Positions 28,993-39,200 of a stretch of DNA of 64,000 nucleotides are shown in pieces. Source of the DNA: Alphaproteobacteria bacterium UBA830 (GTDB lineage: Bacteria > Pseudomonadota > Alphaproteobacteria > MPNO01 > UBA830). The stretch is from the NCBI GenBank assembly GCA_905181725.1, contig CAJIYX010000027.1, forward strand, positions 2,137-66,136. The letters are read 5' to 3'. The position numbers and the translations under genes are program-made. The notes beneath the pieces are model-generated. The model was not told the DNA's origin, searched no databases, and saw nothing but the letters and a program-made list of their open reading frames with translations. Every line of letters begins with the position of its first letter. The stretch's first letter is position 1.

Positions 28993-30597
28993 GTGCAGCA
29001 GACAGGTAAACCCAGTTCATTCGGCCTCGAAAACCACGGGTTGGAGAACCTTATGGGGGCGCATTGGAATCTCTCGATTCCGGCCCTGTATCAACACTCG
29101 CTGCAGCGCGGCGAAAGCGAACTGGCCGCCGGTGGCGGGCTGGTCGTGACCACCGGCGAATACACCGGCCGGTCGCCCAAGGACAAGTACATCGTCGATG
29201 AGCCGCAAAACACCGGCAATATTTGGTGGGGTCCGGTCAACAACAAGATTTCGCCCGAGCATTTCAACACCATGCGCAACCGCATGCTGGCCTATATGCA
29301 GCACAAGGAAGTGTTCGTGCAGGACTGCTATGCCGGCGCCGATCCCGACTACCGCATCAAGGTGCGGGTGGTCACGGAACAGGCATGGCACAGCCTGTTC
29401 GCCCAGAACATGTTCATCAATCCGAAGGTCGAAGAGCACGATAATTTCGAGCCCGACTTCACGGTTCTGCATGCACCGAACCTGCAGTCCATCCCGTCTA
29501 TCGACGGCACGGGCTCCGAAGTGTTCGTGATGCTGAACTTCGCCGAAAAACTGATCCTGGTCGGCGGCTCGCACTATACCGGTGAAATCAAGAAGACGAT
29601 TTTCTCGGTGCTCAACTACCTGCTGCCGGCGCAGGGCGTGCTGCCGATGCATTGCTCCGCCAATATCGGCGAAAAGGGTGACACCGCGATCTTCTTCGGC
29701 CTGTCCGGTACCGGTAAGACGACCCTGTCATCCGACCCGACGCGGACCCTGATCGGCGATGACGAGCATGGCTGGTCCGATAACGGCGTCTTCAACTTCG
29801 AAGGCGGCTGCTACGCCAAGGCGATCAACCTGTCGCGCGAAGCCGAGCCTGAAATCTATGATGCATCGATGCGCTTCGGCACCGTGCTGGAAAACGTCAC
29901 GCTCGATCCCCACTCGAAGTATCCGAATTTCGATGACGGTTCGCTGACTGAAAACACGCGGTCGTCCTATCCGCTGGAGTTTATCCCGGGCACCAGCGAG
30001 TCCGGCATGGGCGGACAGCCCGAAAACGTCGTGATGCTGACCGCCGATGCGTTTGGTGTCCTGCCGCCGATTAGCCAGCTGACGGCTGATCAGGCGATGT
30101 ATCACTTCCTGTCCGGTTACACCGCACGGCTTGCCGGTACGGAACGTGGCGTCGACACGCCACAGGCGACGTTCTCGACCTGCTTCGGTGCTCCCTTCCT
30201 GCCGCGTCACCCGACCGAATATGCAAAGCTGCTGGGTGAGAAAATCAAAAAATCCGGCGCCAAGTGCTGGCTGGTTAATACCGGCTGGAGCGGCGGCGCG
30301 TACGGCACCGGCGAGCGCATGAAAATCGCCCATACCCGCACGATGGTGCGTGCCGTGGTCGAGGGCAAGCTCTCCGGCGTTTCCGTCTCCCCCGATCCGA
30401 TTTTCGGCCTGCTGGTTCCGGATGCCGTGCCGGACGTGCCGACGGAAGTTCTGAACCCGAAAGAGACCTGGGCCGACAAGAGCGGTTACGACGATACCGC
30501 CCGTGACCTGGCACAGCGTTTCGAGGCCAACTTCGAACAGTTCAACGACGCCGTCACCGACGACGTCAAGGCAGCGGGCATCCACGCAGCCCCCTGA
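28993..30597 (+). CDS. pckA: Phosphoenolpyruvate carboxykinase (ATP)
   Basis: GLSGTGKTTLS kinase-1a and LIGDDEHGW motifs. GTG 28993 behind AGGAGA gives 534 aa; the ORF-track start at 28888 is an over-extension. Confidence 0.95.
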   Translation: MQQTGKPSSFGLENHGLENLMGAHWNLSIPALYQHSLQRGESELAAGGGLVVTTGEYTGRSPKDKYIVDEPQNTGNIWWGPVNNKISPEHFNTMRNRMLAYMQHKEVFVQDCYAGADPDYRIKVRVVTEQAWHSLFAQNMFINPKVEEHDNFEPDFTVLHAPNLQSIPSIDGTGSEVFVMLNFAEKLILVGGSHYTGEIKKTIFSVLNYLLPAQGVLPMHCSANIGEKGDTAIFFGLSGTGKTTLSSDPTRTLIGDDEHGWSDNGVFNFEGGCYAKAINLSREAEPEIYDASMRFGTVLENVTLDPHSKYPNFDDGSLTENTRSSYPLEFIPGTSESGMGGQPENVVMLTADAFGVLPPISQLTADQAMYHFLSGYTARLAGTERGVDTPQATFSTCFGAPFLPRHPTEYAKLLGEKIKKSGAKCWLVNTGWSGGAYGTGERMKIAHTRTMVRAVVEGKLSGVSVSPDPIFGLLVPDAVPDVPTEVLNPKETWADKSGYDDTARDLAQRFEANFEQFNDAVTDDVKAAGIHAAP

Positions 30598-30617
30598 TCG
30601 CGTTCGCATACGTTACG

Positions 30618-30649
30618 AAAAAGGCCGGCATTCATTGCCGGCCTTTTTT
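30618..30649. terminator. Bidirectional rho-independent terminator between pckA and the convergent PadR-like gene
   Basis: aaaaaGGCCGGCAttcatTGCCGGCCtttttt. Confidence 0.8.
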
Positions 30650-30671
30650 GTGGTGAATTTACGCGGCAACC

Positions 30672-31292
30672 TCAGTGCAACACCTTCGATGGCAACCGTG
30701 TGTGCATCAGATCGTCCAGCGCGTGGATCCGCTGGTCGGCCCAGGCGATGCGGTCGCCGACAGCGGCGTGCAGGAAGGCGCGGTCAGAGGCCAGGCTTTC
30801 ACGCCGGCTCTCAAGGCCGCGGCGCGAGTCCAGATAGAACCGTTTGAGGTCGGCCGTAACGGCCGCCAGATCCTTGTCGTCCGTCATATCCAGCAATCCG
30901 AATTTTATGGCCGCGGCGGCACGCGAGATCGGATCGTCCCACGACGGCAGCGGGCGTATCATCAATGTGCGGAACGCTTTCGCGCCCTTCGGCGTAAGTG
31001 TGTAGTAGAACGGTATCGACCGGACCCAGCTTTCCGTGGCGAGCACCGTGCCGGCCGCGTTCGCCGCGCGCAGGGCTTCATGGATCACGTCGATCAGCGG
31101 CCGCCATCCGCCGCCGGTCAGGCACCAGACCGTATCTATAAGCCGTGCCAGCGGCGTCATCCGGCAAGCGGTTGCGCCGAGTATGGCAAGATCGAGTGCC
31201 GAAGCGGCATCCAGATGGGCATGTGCGCGGCAATTGGTGGCCGGCAGGATAACGACCGACGCGAGGACTGGCTGGATTTCGGAGTTTCTCAT
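30672..31292 (-). CDS. Hypothetical protein with PadR-like winged-helix N-terminal half
   Basis: 206 aa. LDLAILGATACRMTPLARLIDTV...W...IDVIHEALRAANAAG...FYYTLTPKGAKAF resembles the PadR fold pattern. No database check was possible. Confidence 0.4.
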   Translation of the reverse strand: MRNSEIQPVLASVVILPATNCRAHAHLDAASALDLAILGATACRMTPLARLIDTVWCLTGGGWRPLIDVIHEALRAANAAGTVLATESWVRSIPFYYTLTPKGAKAFRTLMIRPLPSWDDPISRAAAAIKFGLLDMTDDKDLAAVTADLKRFYLDSRRGLESRRESLASDRAFLHAAVGDRIAWADQRIHALDDLMHTRLPSKVLH

Positions 31293-31344
31293 CTGGATGC
31301 CTCATATGTTGGCGCGGTGACCGCGTGTCTGAAGCACTCTTCTT

Positions 31345-31363
31345 ATTGAGACTCATTCTCAAT
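31345..31363. promoter_or_regulatory. 19-bp inverted repeat ATTGAGActcatTCTCAAT (TGA-N9-TCA core), a candidate iron-responsive operator
   Basis: Perfect 7-bp arms. Lies 53 nt upstream of the PadR-like start, in an AT-rich divergent region. Confidence 0.5.
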
Positions 31364-31386
31364 TACAATATAAATAATTTTTCTGG

Positions 31387-31402
31387 ATTGATCCGGATCA
31401 AT
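31387..31402. promoter_or_regulatory. Perfect 16-bp palindrome ATTGATCCGGATCAAT
   Basis: Read directly from the sequence. Shares ATTGA...TCAAT ends with the 31345 repeat. Confidence 0.4.
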
Positions 31403-31451
31403 TAACCATATGAAAAATAATGGTATATTCCAAAATAGCTGCCGCATAAAC

Positions 31452-31503
31452 AATGAGAATGATTTGCATTATAATTGACAGAGCGATGTGAAGCCCTTAG
31501 AAA
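31452..31503 (+). promoter_or_regulatory. Fur-box-like site AATGAGAATGATTTGCATTATAATT overlapping a putative sigma70 promoter (TTGACA-17-TAGAAA) for the Fe(3+) transporter
   Basis: About 12 of 18 positions match the GATAATGATAATCATTATC core by hand alignment. The -35 is at 31475..31480 and the -10 at 31498..31503, about 80 nt upstream of the ATG at 31582. Confidence 0.5.
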
Positions 31504-31581
31504 ACGTCTCGAACGCAAGCTCAATTTAGGTCAACAAACAGGGTCCGGGTAGGATTCTGACACTTCCACGGAGTTTCCAGA

Positions 31582-32625
31582 ATGAAATACCGCCTACTCG
31601 CCGCGCTCGCACTGATTGCGGCCCCGACAGCAACCGTGATGACAGCCATGTCAGCCGCCTCCGCGGCCGAAGTAAACGTCTATTCCTACCGGCAGGGCGC
31701 TCTGGTAAAACCGCTTTTCGACGCCTTCACCAAGGAAACTGGCGTGAAGGTCAACGTCGTGTTCGCCAAGAAAGGTCTGATCAAACGTCTCCAGGCGGAG
31801 GGCCGCAACAGCCCGGCCGATCTGGTTTTCACTGTCGATATCGGGCGGCTGGCCGCGGTCGTCAATGCAGGGCTTGCCCAGCCGGTGAAGACCGCCGCAC
31901 TGGAAAAGGCCGTTCCTGCCGCTTATCGCGAAGCCGAAGGCCTGTGGTACGGGCTGACACTGCGTGCGCGCCTGATCTACACATCGAAGGACCGCGTCAG
32001 CAAAGGTGCCATCACGTCCTACGAAGAGCTCGCCGACCCGAAATGGCGCGGCAAGGTCTGCACCCGCAAGGGCGACCATGCCTATAACATTGCCATGCTT
32101 GCCGCCTATATTGGCCATTACGGCGAAGCCAGGGCCACCGAGTGGCTGAGGGGTATAAAAGCCAACCTGGCACGCAAGCCCCAGGGCAACGACCGCGCAC
32201 AGGTGAAAGCGATCATGGAAGGCGTCTGTGATGTCGCCGTGGGCAACCACTATTACATGGCGTTGATGCTTAAAAACGCAAAGCAGAAACCCTGGGCGGC
32301 TTCCGCCAATCTCGTCTTCCCGACGCTCGCGGGCAAAGGCACCCACATGAATGTCAGCGGTGTGATGATGACCAAGCATGCGCCCAACAAGGCGAACGCC
32401 ATCAAGCTGATGGAATTCCTCACCAGCAAGAAGGCCCAGAGCCTCTATGCCAACGTCAACAACGAATACCCGATCGACCCGAACGTGAAGGCATCGCCCC
32501 TGCTCGAATCCTGGGGCAAGTTCCCGCGCGACACGGTTTCGCTCGACACCATCGCCAAAAACCGGTCGGCCGCGCTGAAAATCGTCAACACGGTCGGCTA
32601 TAACGCCGGACCAGCCACCAACTGA
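31582..32625 (+). CDS. Fe(3+) ABC transporter substrate-binding protein (FbpA/AfuA-like)
   Basis: 347 aa with signal peptide ...MSAASA/AEVNVYSYRQ, a typical ferric-binding-protein start. Confidence 0.85.
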   Translation: MKYRLLAALALIAAPTATVMTAMSAASAAEVNVYSYRQGALVKPLFDAFTKETGVKVNVVFAKKGLIKRLQAEGRNSPADLVFTVDIGRLAAVVNAGLAQPVKTAALEKAVPAAYREAEGLWYGLTLRARLIYTSKDRVSKGAITSYEELADPKWRGKVCTRKGDHAYNIAMLAAYIGHYGEARATEWLRGIKANLARKPQGNDRAQVKAIMEGVCDVAVGNHYYMALMLKNAKQKPWAASANLVFPTLAGKGTHMNVSGVMMTKHAPNKANAIKLMEFLTSKKAQSLYANVNNEYPIDPNVKASPLLESWGKFPRDTVSLDTIAKNRSAALKIVNTVGYNAGPATN

Positions 32626-32663
32626 GGATTGACCTTCGGATCTTTGCCTGAAAAAAGATCCCT

Positions 32664-34364
32664 ATGACCGGTTTTCAGACTTCGACAGATAACGCACGCG
32701 CCCGCGGCACCCGACGGTTCAGACTGGACCCCTGGACCGCGGGCGCTTTCGTTATTACCGCTATCGTCGCGCTGCCGATCCTCACGGTTCTGGGCGCCGC
32801 TTTCTTTCCGACCGAAAATATCTGGCCGCACCTCTGGGAGACCGTTCTTCCCGGATACATCATATCCACACTGGAACTGATGACCGGCGTCGCCGCCGGC
32901 ACCATCCTGATTGGCGTGAGTGCTGCCTGGCTGGTCACCGCATGTTCCTTCCCGGGCCGGCGCATCTTCCAATGGGCGCTGGTGCTGCCCCTGGCGATGC
33001 CTGCCTATGTAGTCGCTTACGTCTATACCGATATCCTGGAATATGCGGGCCCGGTGCAGGTGATGCTGCGAGATGTCTTCGGCTGGACAACATCGCGGGA
33101 TTACTGGTTCCCCGAAATCCGCTCGCTCGGCGGCGCGATCGTCGTGATGACGATGACGCTGTACCCCTATGTCTATCTGCTGGCGCGCTCGGCATTTCTC
33201 GAGCAGTCTTCGGGTGTCGGCGAAGCGGCGCGCACCCTTGGCTGTTCACCGTGGGCCGCGTTCCGGCGCGTGTCCCTGCCAATGGCGCGCCCGTCGATTG
33301 TCGTCGGTGTCGCACTGGTGCTGATGGAAACACTGAACGATTTCGGCACCGTTGATTTCTTTGCCGTCCAGACACTGACCACCGGCATGTTCAACGTGTG
33401 GCTGGTCATGAACAATACCGGTGGCGGCGCGCAGATCGCTGTCGTCATGCTGATATTTGTCATCTTTCTGCTGGTAGCCGAACGTGCGGCCCGGCGCCAG
33501 CGCGGATACCATGACACGTCCACCCGGCCGCGGCGGCCTGTCCGGTTCGACCTTCGCGGCGGGCGCAAGGCTCTGGCGGTCCTGCTATGCGCGATCCCCA
33601 TCCTGATCGGGTTTATCATCCCCGCCGGGCTGCTGATTTCCTATGCGATCGAATTTTACGATGTGTCGCTCAACAACCGGTTCCCGCAGGCAGCGTTCAA
33701 CAGCATCCTGCTGGCAGCCCTTGCCGCCGGGGTCGCCGTGCTGATCGGCCTGTTCCTTGCCTATGCCGTGCGGCTGCGCAAAAGCACGCTGCTGCGTAAT
33801 CTCGCGCGGTTTGCCAGTCTCGGCTATGCGGTGCCCGGCGCCGTGCTCGCCATCGGCATCCTGTTTCCGTTCGGCGCAGTCGATAACGCCATCGACGGCT
33901 TCATGCGGGGCGCGTTCGGCATCAGCACGGGACTAATCCTGTCGGGCACCATCGTCGCCGTGCTGTTCGCCTATGTGGTGCGGTTCCTCGCGTTGGCTTA
34001 CGGCACGCTCGAGGCCGGGCTGGGGCGCGTCACGCCGCATATGGACGATGCTGCACGGACCCTGAAGCACGGCCCGGCGCAGGCCCTGATTAAAGTGAAC
34101 CTGCCGATCATCCGCGGCTCCATGATGACGGCGGCAATCCTGATCTTTGTCGACTGCATGAAAGAACTGCCGGCAACGCTGTTGCTGCGACCGTTTAATT
34201 TCGACACGCTGGCGACCTATGTCTATCAGTTCGCATCGGACGAGATGCTGGAAGAATGCGCGCTAGGTGCGCTGACCATCGTCGCCGCCGGGGTCATTCC
34301 GGTGATCCTGCTAACGCGCGTGATGGGCCGTAACCGCTCCGATCAGGAAATTTCCGTGGTTTGA
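32664..34364 (+). CDS. Fe(3+) ABC transporter permease, fused two-domain type (FbpB-like)
   Basis: 566 aa with two BPD-transport permease halves. Confidence 0.85.
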   Translation: MTGFQTSTDNARARGTRRFRLDPWTAGAFVITAIVALPILTVLGAAFFPTENIWPHLWETVLPGYIISTLELMTGVAAGTILIGVSAAWLVTACSFPGRRIFQWALVLPLAMPAYVVAYVYTDILEYAGPVQVMLRDVFGWTTSRDYWFPEIRSLGGAIVVMTMTLYPYVYLLARSAFLEQSSGVGEAARTLGCSPWAAFRRVSLPMARPSIVVGVALVLMETLNDFGTVDFFAVQTLTTGMFNVWLVMNNTGGGAQIAVVMLIFVIFLLVAERAARRQRGYHDTSTRPRRPVRFDLRGGRKALAVLLCAIPILIGFIIPAGLLISYAIEFYDVSLNNRFPQAAFNSILLAALAAGVAVLIGLFLAYAVRLRKSTLLRNLARFASLGYAVPGAVLAIGILFPFGAVDNAIDGFMRGAFGISTGLILSGTIVAVLFAYVVRFLALAYGTLEAGLGRVTPHMDDAARTLKHGPAQALIKVNLPIIRGSMMTAAILIFVDCMKELPATLLLRPFNFDTLATYVYQFASDEMLEECALGALTIVAAGVIPVILLTRVMGRNRSDQEISVV

Positions 34365-34455
34365 TCCACGGCCTGATCCGGGGTCTGATCCGGGATCTGG
34401 CCGGCCGCTATCAGGCAGCTTTTTCCACTTCGTCCGGAGACTCCCTTTCAGCCTC

Positions 34456-36085
34456 CTAGGTTTCTTCGGCATCCTGAATTGCCTCAGGCTGAGTTGCTTC
34501 AGCAGGAGTTTCTTCAGGCACAATTTCTTCAGTCTGGTCTTCTTCGGAAGTCGCGGCATCCGAGATCGCTTCGGTGCTCTGTGCGACGCTGGTGATCGTA
34601 TCGCTGATCTGATTGATCGCGCCGACGGCATCGCGTGTCGCGTCCTGAATCTGAACGATTTGCGCCGAGATATCCTCGGTGGCCCGGGCGGTCTGATCGG
34701 CAAGCGATTTGACCTCTGTCGCAACGACGGCGAAACCCTTGCCAGCATCGCCGGCGCGCGCGGCCTCGATCGTCGCATTCAGGGCCAGCAAATTGGTCTG
34801 GCTGACGATCTCATTAATCAGGCCGACGACTTCGCCAATCTTCTGGGCGGCCTCGTCAAGCACCTTCACGCCCTCATCGGCCTGCGTTGCTTCTTCGACT
34901 GCCGACCGCGCAATAGCAGTACTTTCATTGACGATGCGCGAAATCTCCTGCCCGGACGCGGACAGTTCTTCTGCGGCGGCGGCAACGGTTTCGACGTCCG
35001 CCCTGGCATGCTCTGCCGCGTCCTCAACCCGCTTGGCACGTCCGGTCGTCTGGGTCGCGTTATCTTTGATTGATACAGACGTTTCCTTAACGCCGCTCGA
35101 TGCGGACGTCAGGCTTTTTAGCGCCGCTTTAATTCTGTGATCGTAACTGCGGCAGATGAACTCCATATATTTTGCCCTATCCGCGGCTTGTTCCCGGGTT
35201 TTTTCCATGTCTGCAGCACGGCGAGCTTCGCCCGCAAGCGCGGTGGCAACGGCTTCTTCCATTTCAACGATGGCGGCTTTTTCACGGGCCTTCATATCTT
35301 CCTGAAGCTTCGCGACCTGCATCGCGGTTTCCTTGAATACCTGGACCGAGCCTGCCATCGCGCCGGTCGGTATAAGGGACATCATCAAGCTGTCGCAGGG
35401 CATCGCCGCCTGCGTCAATACCGTCGGCCAGATCACGAATAGCGGTTTTGATACGGTTGATCGGTTTGCTGATCGCGACACCAAGCCAGTAGGCGATCAT
35501 CAGGCAGATGATCGAGAAGATACCTATGCCGATCTGGTTGGTTTGTTCGGCAACCTTGATGCTTGAGGCTGCAGCTTCGCGGGCGACGTATCCACGTTCA
35601 GTCGCATGATCGACAAGTCCTTCGATTTCTTCATTTATCGTCGATGTAATATCTGTGAGATCTTCCGGTGGCGGAACAGCCTTCGCGCCGTCCTTGCTTT
35701 CGATCAACGCGGTTGTTCTGCTCCACTAGACACCGAGCCCGGCTTTGATCTCCTCATCCACTTTCATGGCTTCGGGGGTAGCCAAGCGGGTCGCAGCGAC
35801 CTCAAGTTCTTCGAGAAGCGTGTCCCGGGCATCCCCCAATTCTTCGAGAAGTTCTTCCTTGTCGTCGATCTCCCCGCCCGTCAGGGATTCTGCAAGCAAC
35901 CGGTTCATCTTGTTAAATTCGATCATCGCGGATTTGGAAAAACTGATCGCCATCAACTGGCGGTCATAAATATCCATCGCCAGCTGGCCGGTCGAATTGA
36001 TAGTCTGAACTGCGAAATAGCCCTCGCCACCGGCGAGAACCAGAACGATCAGAAAACCCAAGAGCAGTTTGACACGGAGAGACAT
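34456..36085 (-). pseudogene. Methyl-accepting chemotaxis protein, disrupted by one in-frame TAG and one frameshift
   Basis: ORF 35726..36085 (TM1 plus periplasmic 4HB-like part) and ORF 35282..35707 (TM2 plus HAMP) are in the same frame, separated by TAG 35726..35728. A frame change near 35362..35372 falls between ...[10 protein letters not shown] and [14 protein letters not shown]. The signalling domain ([31 protein letters not shown]) is in ORF 34456..35484. Confidence 0.8.
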
Positions 36086-36221
36086 GAGAAAATTCCATCC
36101 AAATCTGGATGAGGCATCCGAAACCTGCGGGTCAATATGAGCCGCGCGTCAGGAGCCCAAAATTTAATCAAAATGCTCTAAAATTACGTGAAGATCGCCA
36201 GTTAACCCGGATTGATGCCCA

Positions 36222-39200
36222 TTAATGCGCCTGGTCCCAGTTCGCGCCGGAACCGGTTTCAACCACTAGCGGCACATCGAGATGTGCGGCATCTTCCATG
36301 ACCTTTTTGACCAGCGCCGCGGTATCGTCGAGCTCAGCCTCGGGCACTTCGAAGATCAGTTCATCATGCACCTGCAACAGCATCTTCGCGCCGAGCCTGG
36401 CCTTTGCCAGCGCCGGGTCGATGCGGATCATCGCGCGCTTGATGATGTCGGCTGCCGCGCCCTGGAGCGGCGCGTTGATCGCCGCGCGTTCGGAGAAATT
36501 GCGCCGCGCCGGGTTTTTGTCAGCAATGCCCGGCGTGTGGCATTTACGCCCGAAGATGGTCTGCACATAGCCGTGCTCGCGGGCAAACGTCTTGGTCGTT
36601 TCCATGTAGTCCTTGATGCCCGGGAATTTCTCGAAATAGCTTTCGATGTATTTCTTGGCCTCACCCTGGGGGATCGACAGCTGCCGCGCCAGCCCAAACG
36701 GGCTGATGCCGTAGATGATCCCGAAATTGATCGCCTTGGCCCGGCTGCGCACAGACGATTCCATGCCCTCGACTGGGATGCCGAACACCTCGCTCGCGGT
36801 CATCGCATGGATATCCAGCCCGTCGCGGAATGCCTGGACGAGGGTCTCGATCCCGGCGACATGGGCCAGCAGCCGTAATTCAATCTGCGAGTAATCCGCC
36901 GATAGCAGCACATTGCCCTTATCGGCAATAAACGCCTGGCGAATCTTGCGGCCTTCCTCGGTGCGGATCGGGATATTCTGCAGGTTCGGGTCGGTCGATG
37001 ACAGCCGCCCGGTCGATGCGATTGCCTGCGCATAGGACGTGTGTACGCGCTTGGTTTGCGGGTTTATCTGGGCGACCAGCGCGTCTGTGTAGGTGCTGCG
37101 CAGCTTGGTCAGCTGGCGCCAATCGAGCACGCGCCGGGGCAGGTCGTGGCCCTGGGCAGCAAGCCCTTCGAGGATATCTGCCCCGGTACCATAGGCGCCC
37201 GTCTTGGTTTTCTTGCCGCCTTCGAGGCTCATCTCATCGAACAGGATTTCGCCAAGCTGCTTGGGCGAGCCGATATTGAATTCGCGCCCGGCGAGCTTGT
37301 AAGTTTCCTCGGCAATGTCCGCGGCCCGTTTTTCGAGATCGCCCGACAGGTCCTTCAGGAAGGTCGCATCGATGCTGATGCCCCTGCGTTCCATATCAGA
37401 CAATACGGGGATCAGCGCGCGTTCCAGCGTCTCATACACCGTTGTCATCTGCTCGGTCGCAATGCGTGGTTTGAGCTGGCGGTACAGGCGTCCCGTTACC
37501 TCGGCATCTTCCGCCGCGTAATCGAGCGCCTTGTCGAGCGCGACTTCGGCAAAGCCGATCTGTTTTTTGCCGGTGCCGGCAACCTCGGCATACTTGATGT
37601 TGGTATGGCCGAGAAGCAGCGTCGCCAGTTCGTCCAGGCCATGACCGTGCAGCCCGCCTTCGAGCACATAGGACAACACCATCGTGTCATCGACGGGGGC
37701 GATCTCGACGCCGTAGCGCGCCATCACCTGCATGTCGTATTTGATATTCTGGCCGACTTTCAGAACCCCCGGATCTTCCAGCATCGGCTTGAGCAGGGCG
37801 ACCGCTTTATCAAACGCGATCTGCTTCGGCGCAGCCGCTTTCGGCGCAGCGGCATCGCCCAGATCAAGTTCACCATCGGCCACACCGCCCGGCGTGACAT
37901 GGGCCAGCGGCACATAGCACGCGCTGCCGCCCTTTACCGACAAGGACAGCCCGACCAGATCGGCCTCCATCGAATCAAGTGACGAGGTTTCTGTATCGAA
38001 CGCCACCACACCTGCCGCCTCCGCCGCGGCAATCCACGCCTTCAGCGCGTCTTCATCCTGCACCAGCTCATAATCGGCATCACCCGGCGAAGTTTCCATA
38101 TCGGCTGTCACGTGGACTTCCCCGACGCCGAACTCGGCGCGGACCTTGGACACGATGGTCCTGAAACCCTGCTCTTCGAGGAACGGGATCAGGACTTCCG
38201 GATCGGGACGTTTCTTCTGAAACTCGGCGATCTTGTGATCAACCGGCACATCGGCGCGCAGTGTGACCAGCTGGCGCGAAATCTCTGCGATTTCCTGCTC
38301 GTTATGAACCAGGTCGGCGAAGCTCGTGTTCACCTTGGAATAGAACCGGTAGTCGATAATCTTCTGCGCGATCTCATGGTCCTTGGCGGCGAGAGTGTTC
38401 ATGGCCGCGGCGTTCGTCGTCGGCTTGCCGGTCTTTTTGTCATTCGGGACGGGCAGTTTGAGCTCGTCGATCAGCACTTCCTTGAGCTGCTTGGTCGACC
38501 CGATGCTGAATTCCCGACCGGCAAGCTCATAGATCCGCGCCTTGCAGGCATCGGCTTTTTCGACCGCCATCGCCTTGACGGCTTCGGGGTCTTTCGCCGC
38601 CTTGAACAATTCGTCGAGACTGCCGAACTCGTTGATCAGCTGTGCCGCCGGGGCCTCGCCGATACCCTTGATGCCCGGCACGTTGTCGGTGGAATCGCCG
38701 AGTAGGGCCTGCACGTCGACCACGCGGTCGGGTGCGACGCCGAACTTTTCGACCACTTCGGCAGGCCCGATAAACTTGTTCTTCATCGGGTCCAACATGC
38801 GCACGCCGGGGCCGACAAGCTGCATCATATCCTTGTCGGACGACACGATCGTCACATCGAACCCCTGCTCCACCGCATGGCGCGCATAGGTCGCGATCAG
38901 ATCGTCGGCCTCGAACCCTTCGAGCTCGAGGCAGGGCAAGCTATAGGCGCGTGTCGCCTCGCGGATCAGGTCGAATTGCGGGATCAGTTCCTCCGGGGCC
39001 GGCGGGCGGTGCGCCTTGTATTCGGGATAGATATCGCTGCGGAACGTCTTGCGCGCGGTATCGAAGATGACGGCCAGAAAATCGGCCTCCGAATCCTCGA
39101 CCAGCTTGGTCAGCATGTTGGTGAAGCCGTACACCGCGTTCACCGGCGTGCCATCGGCCCGGGTCATCGGCGGCAGGGCGTGAAAAGCCCGGAAAATATA

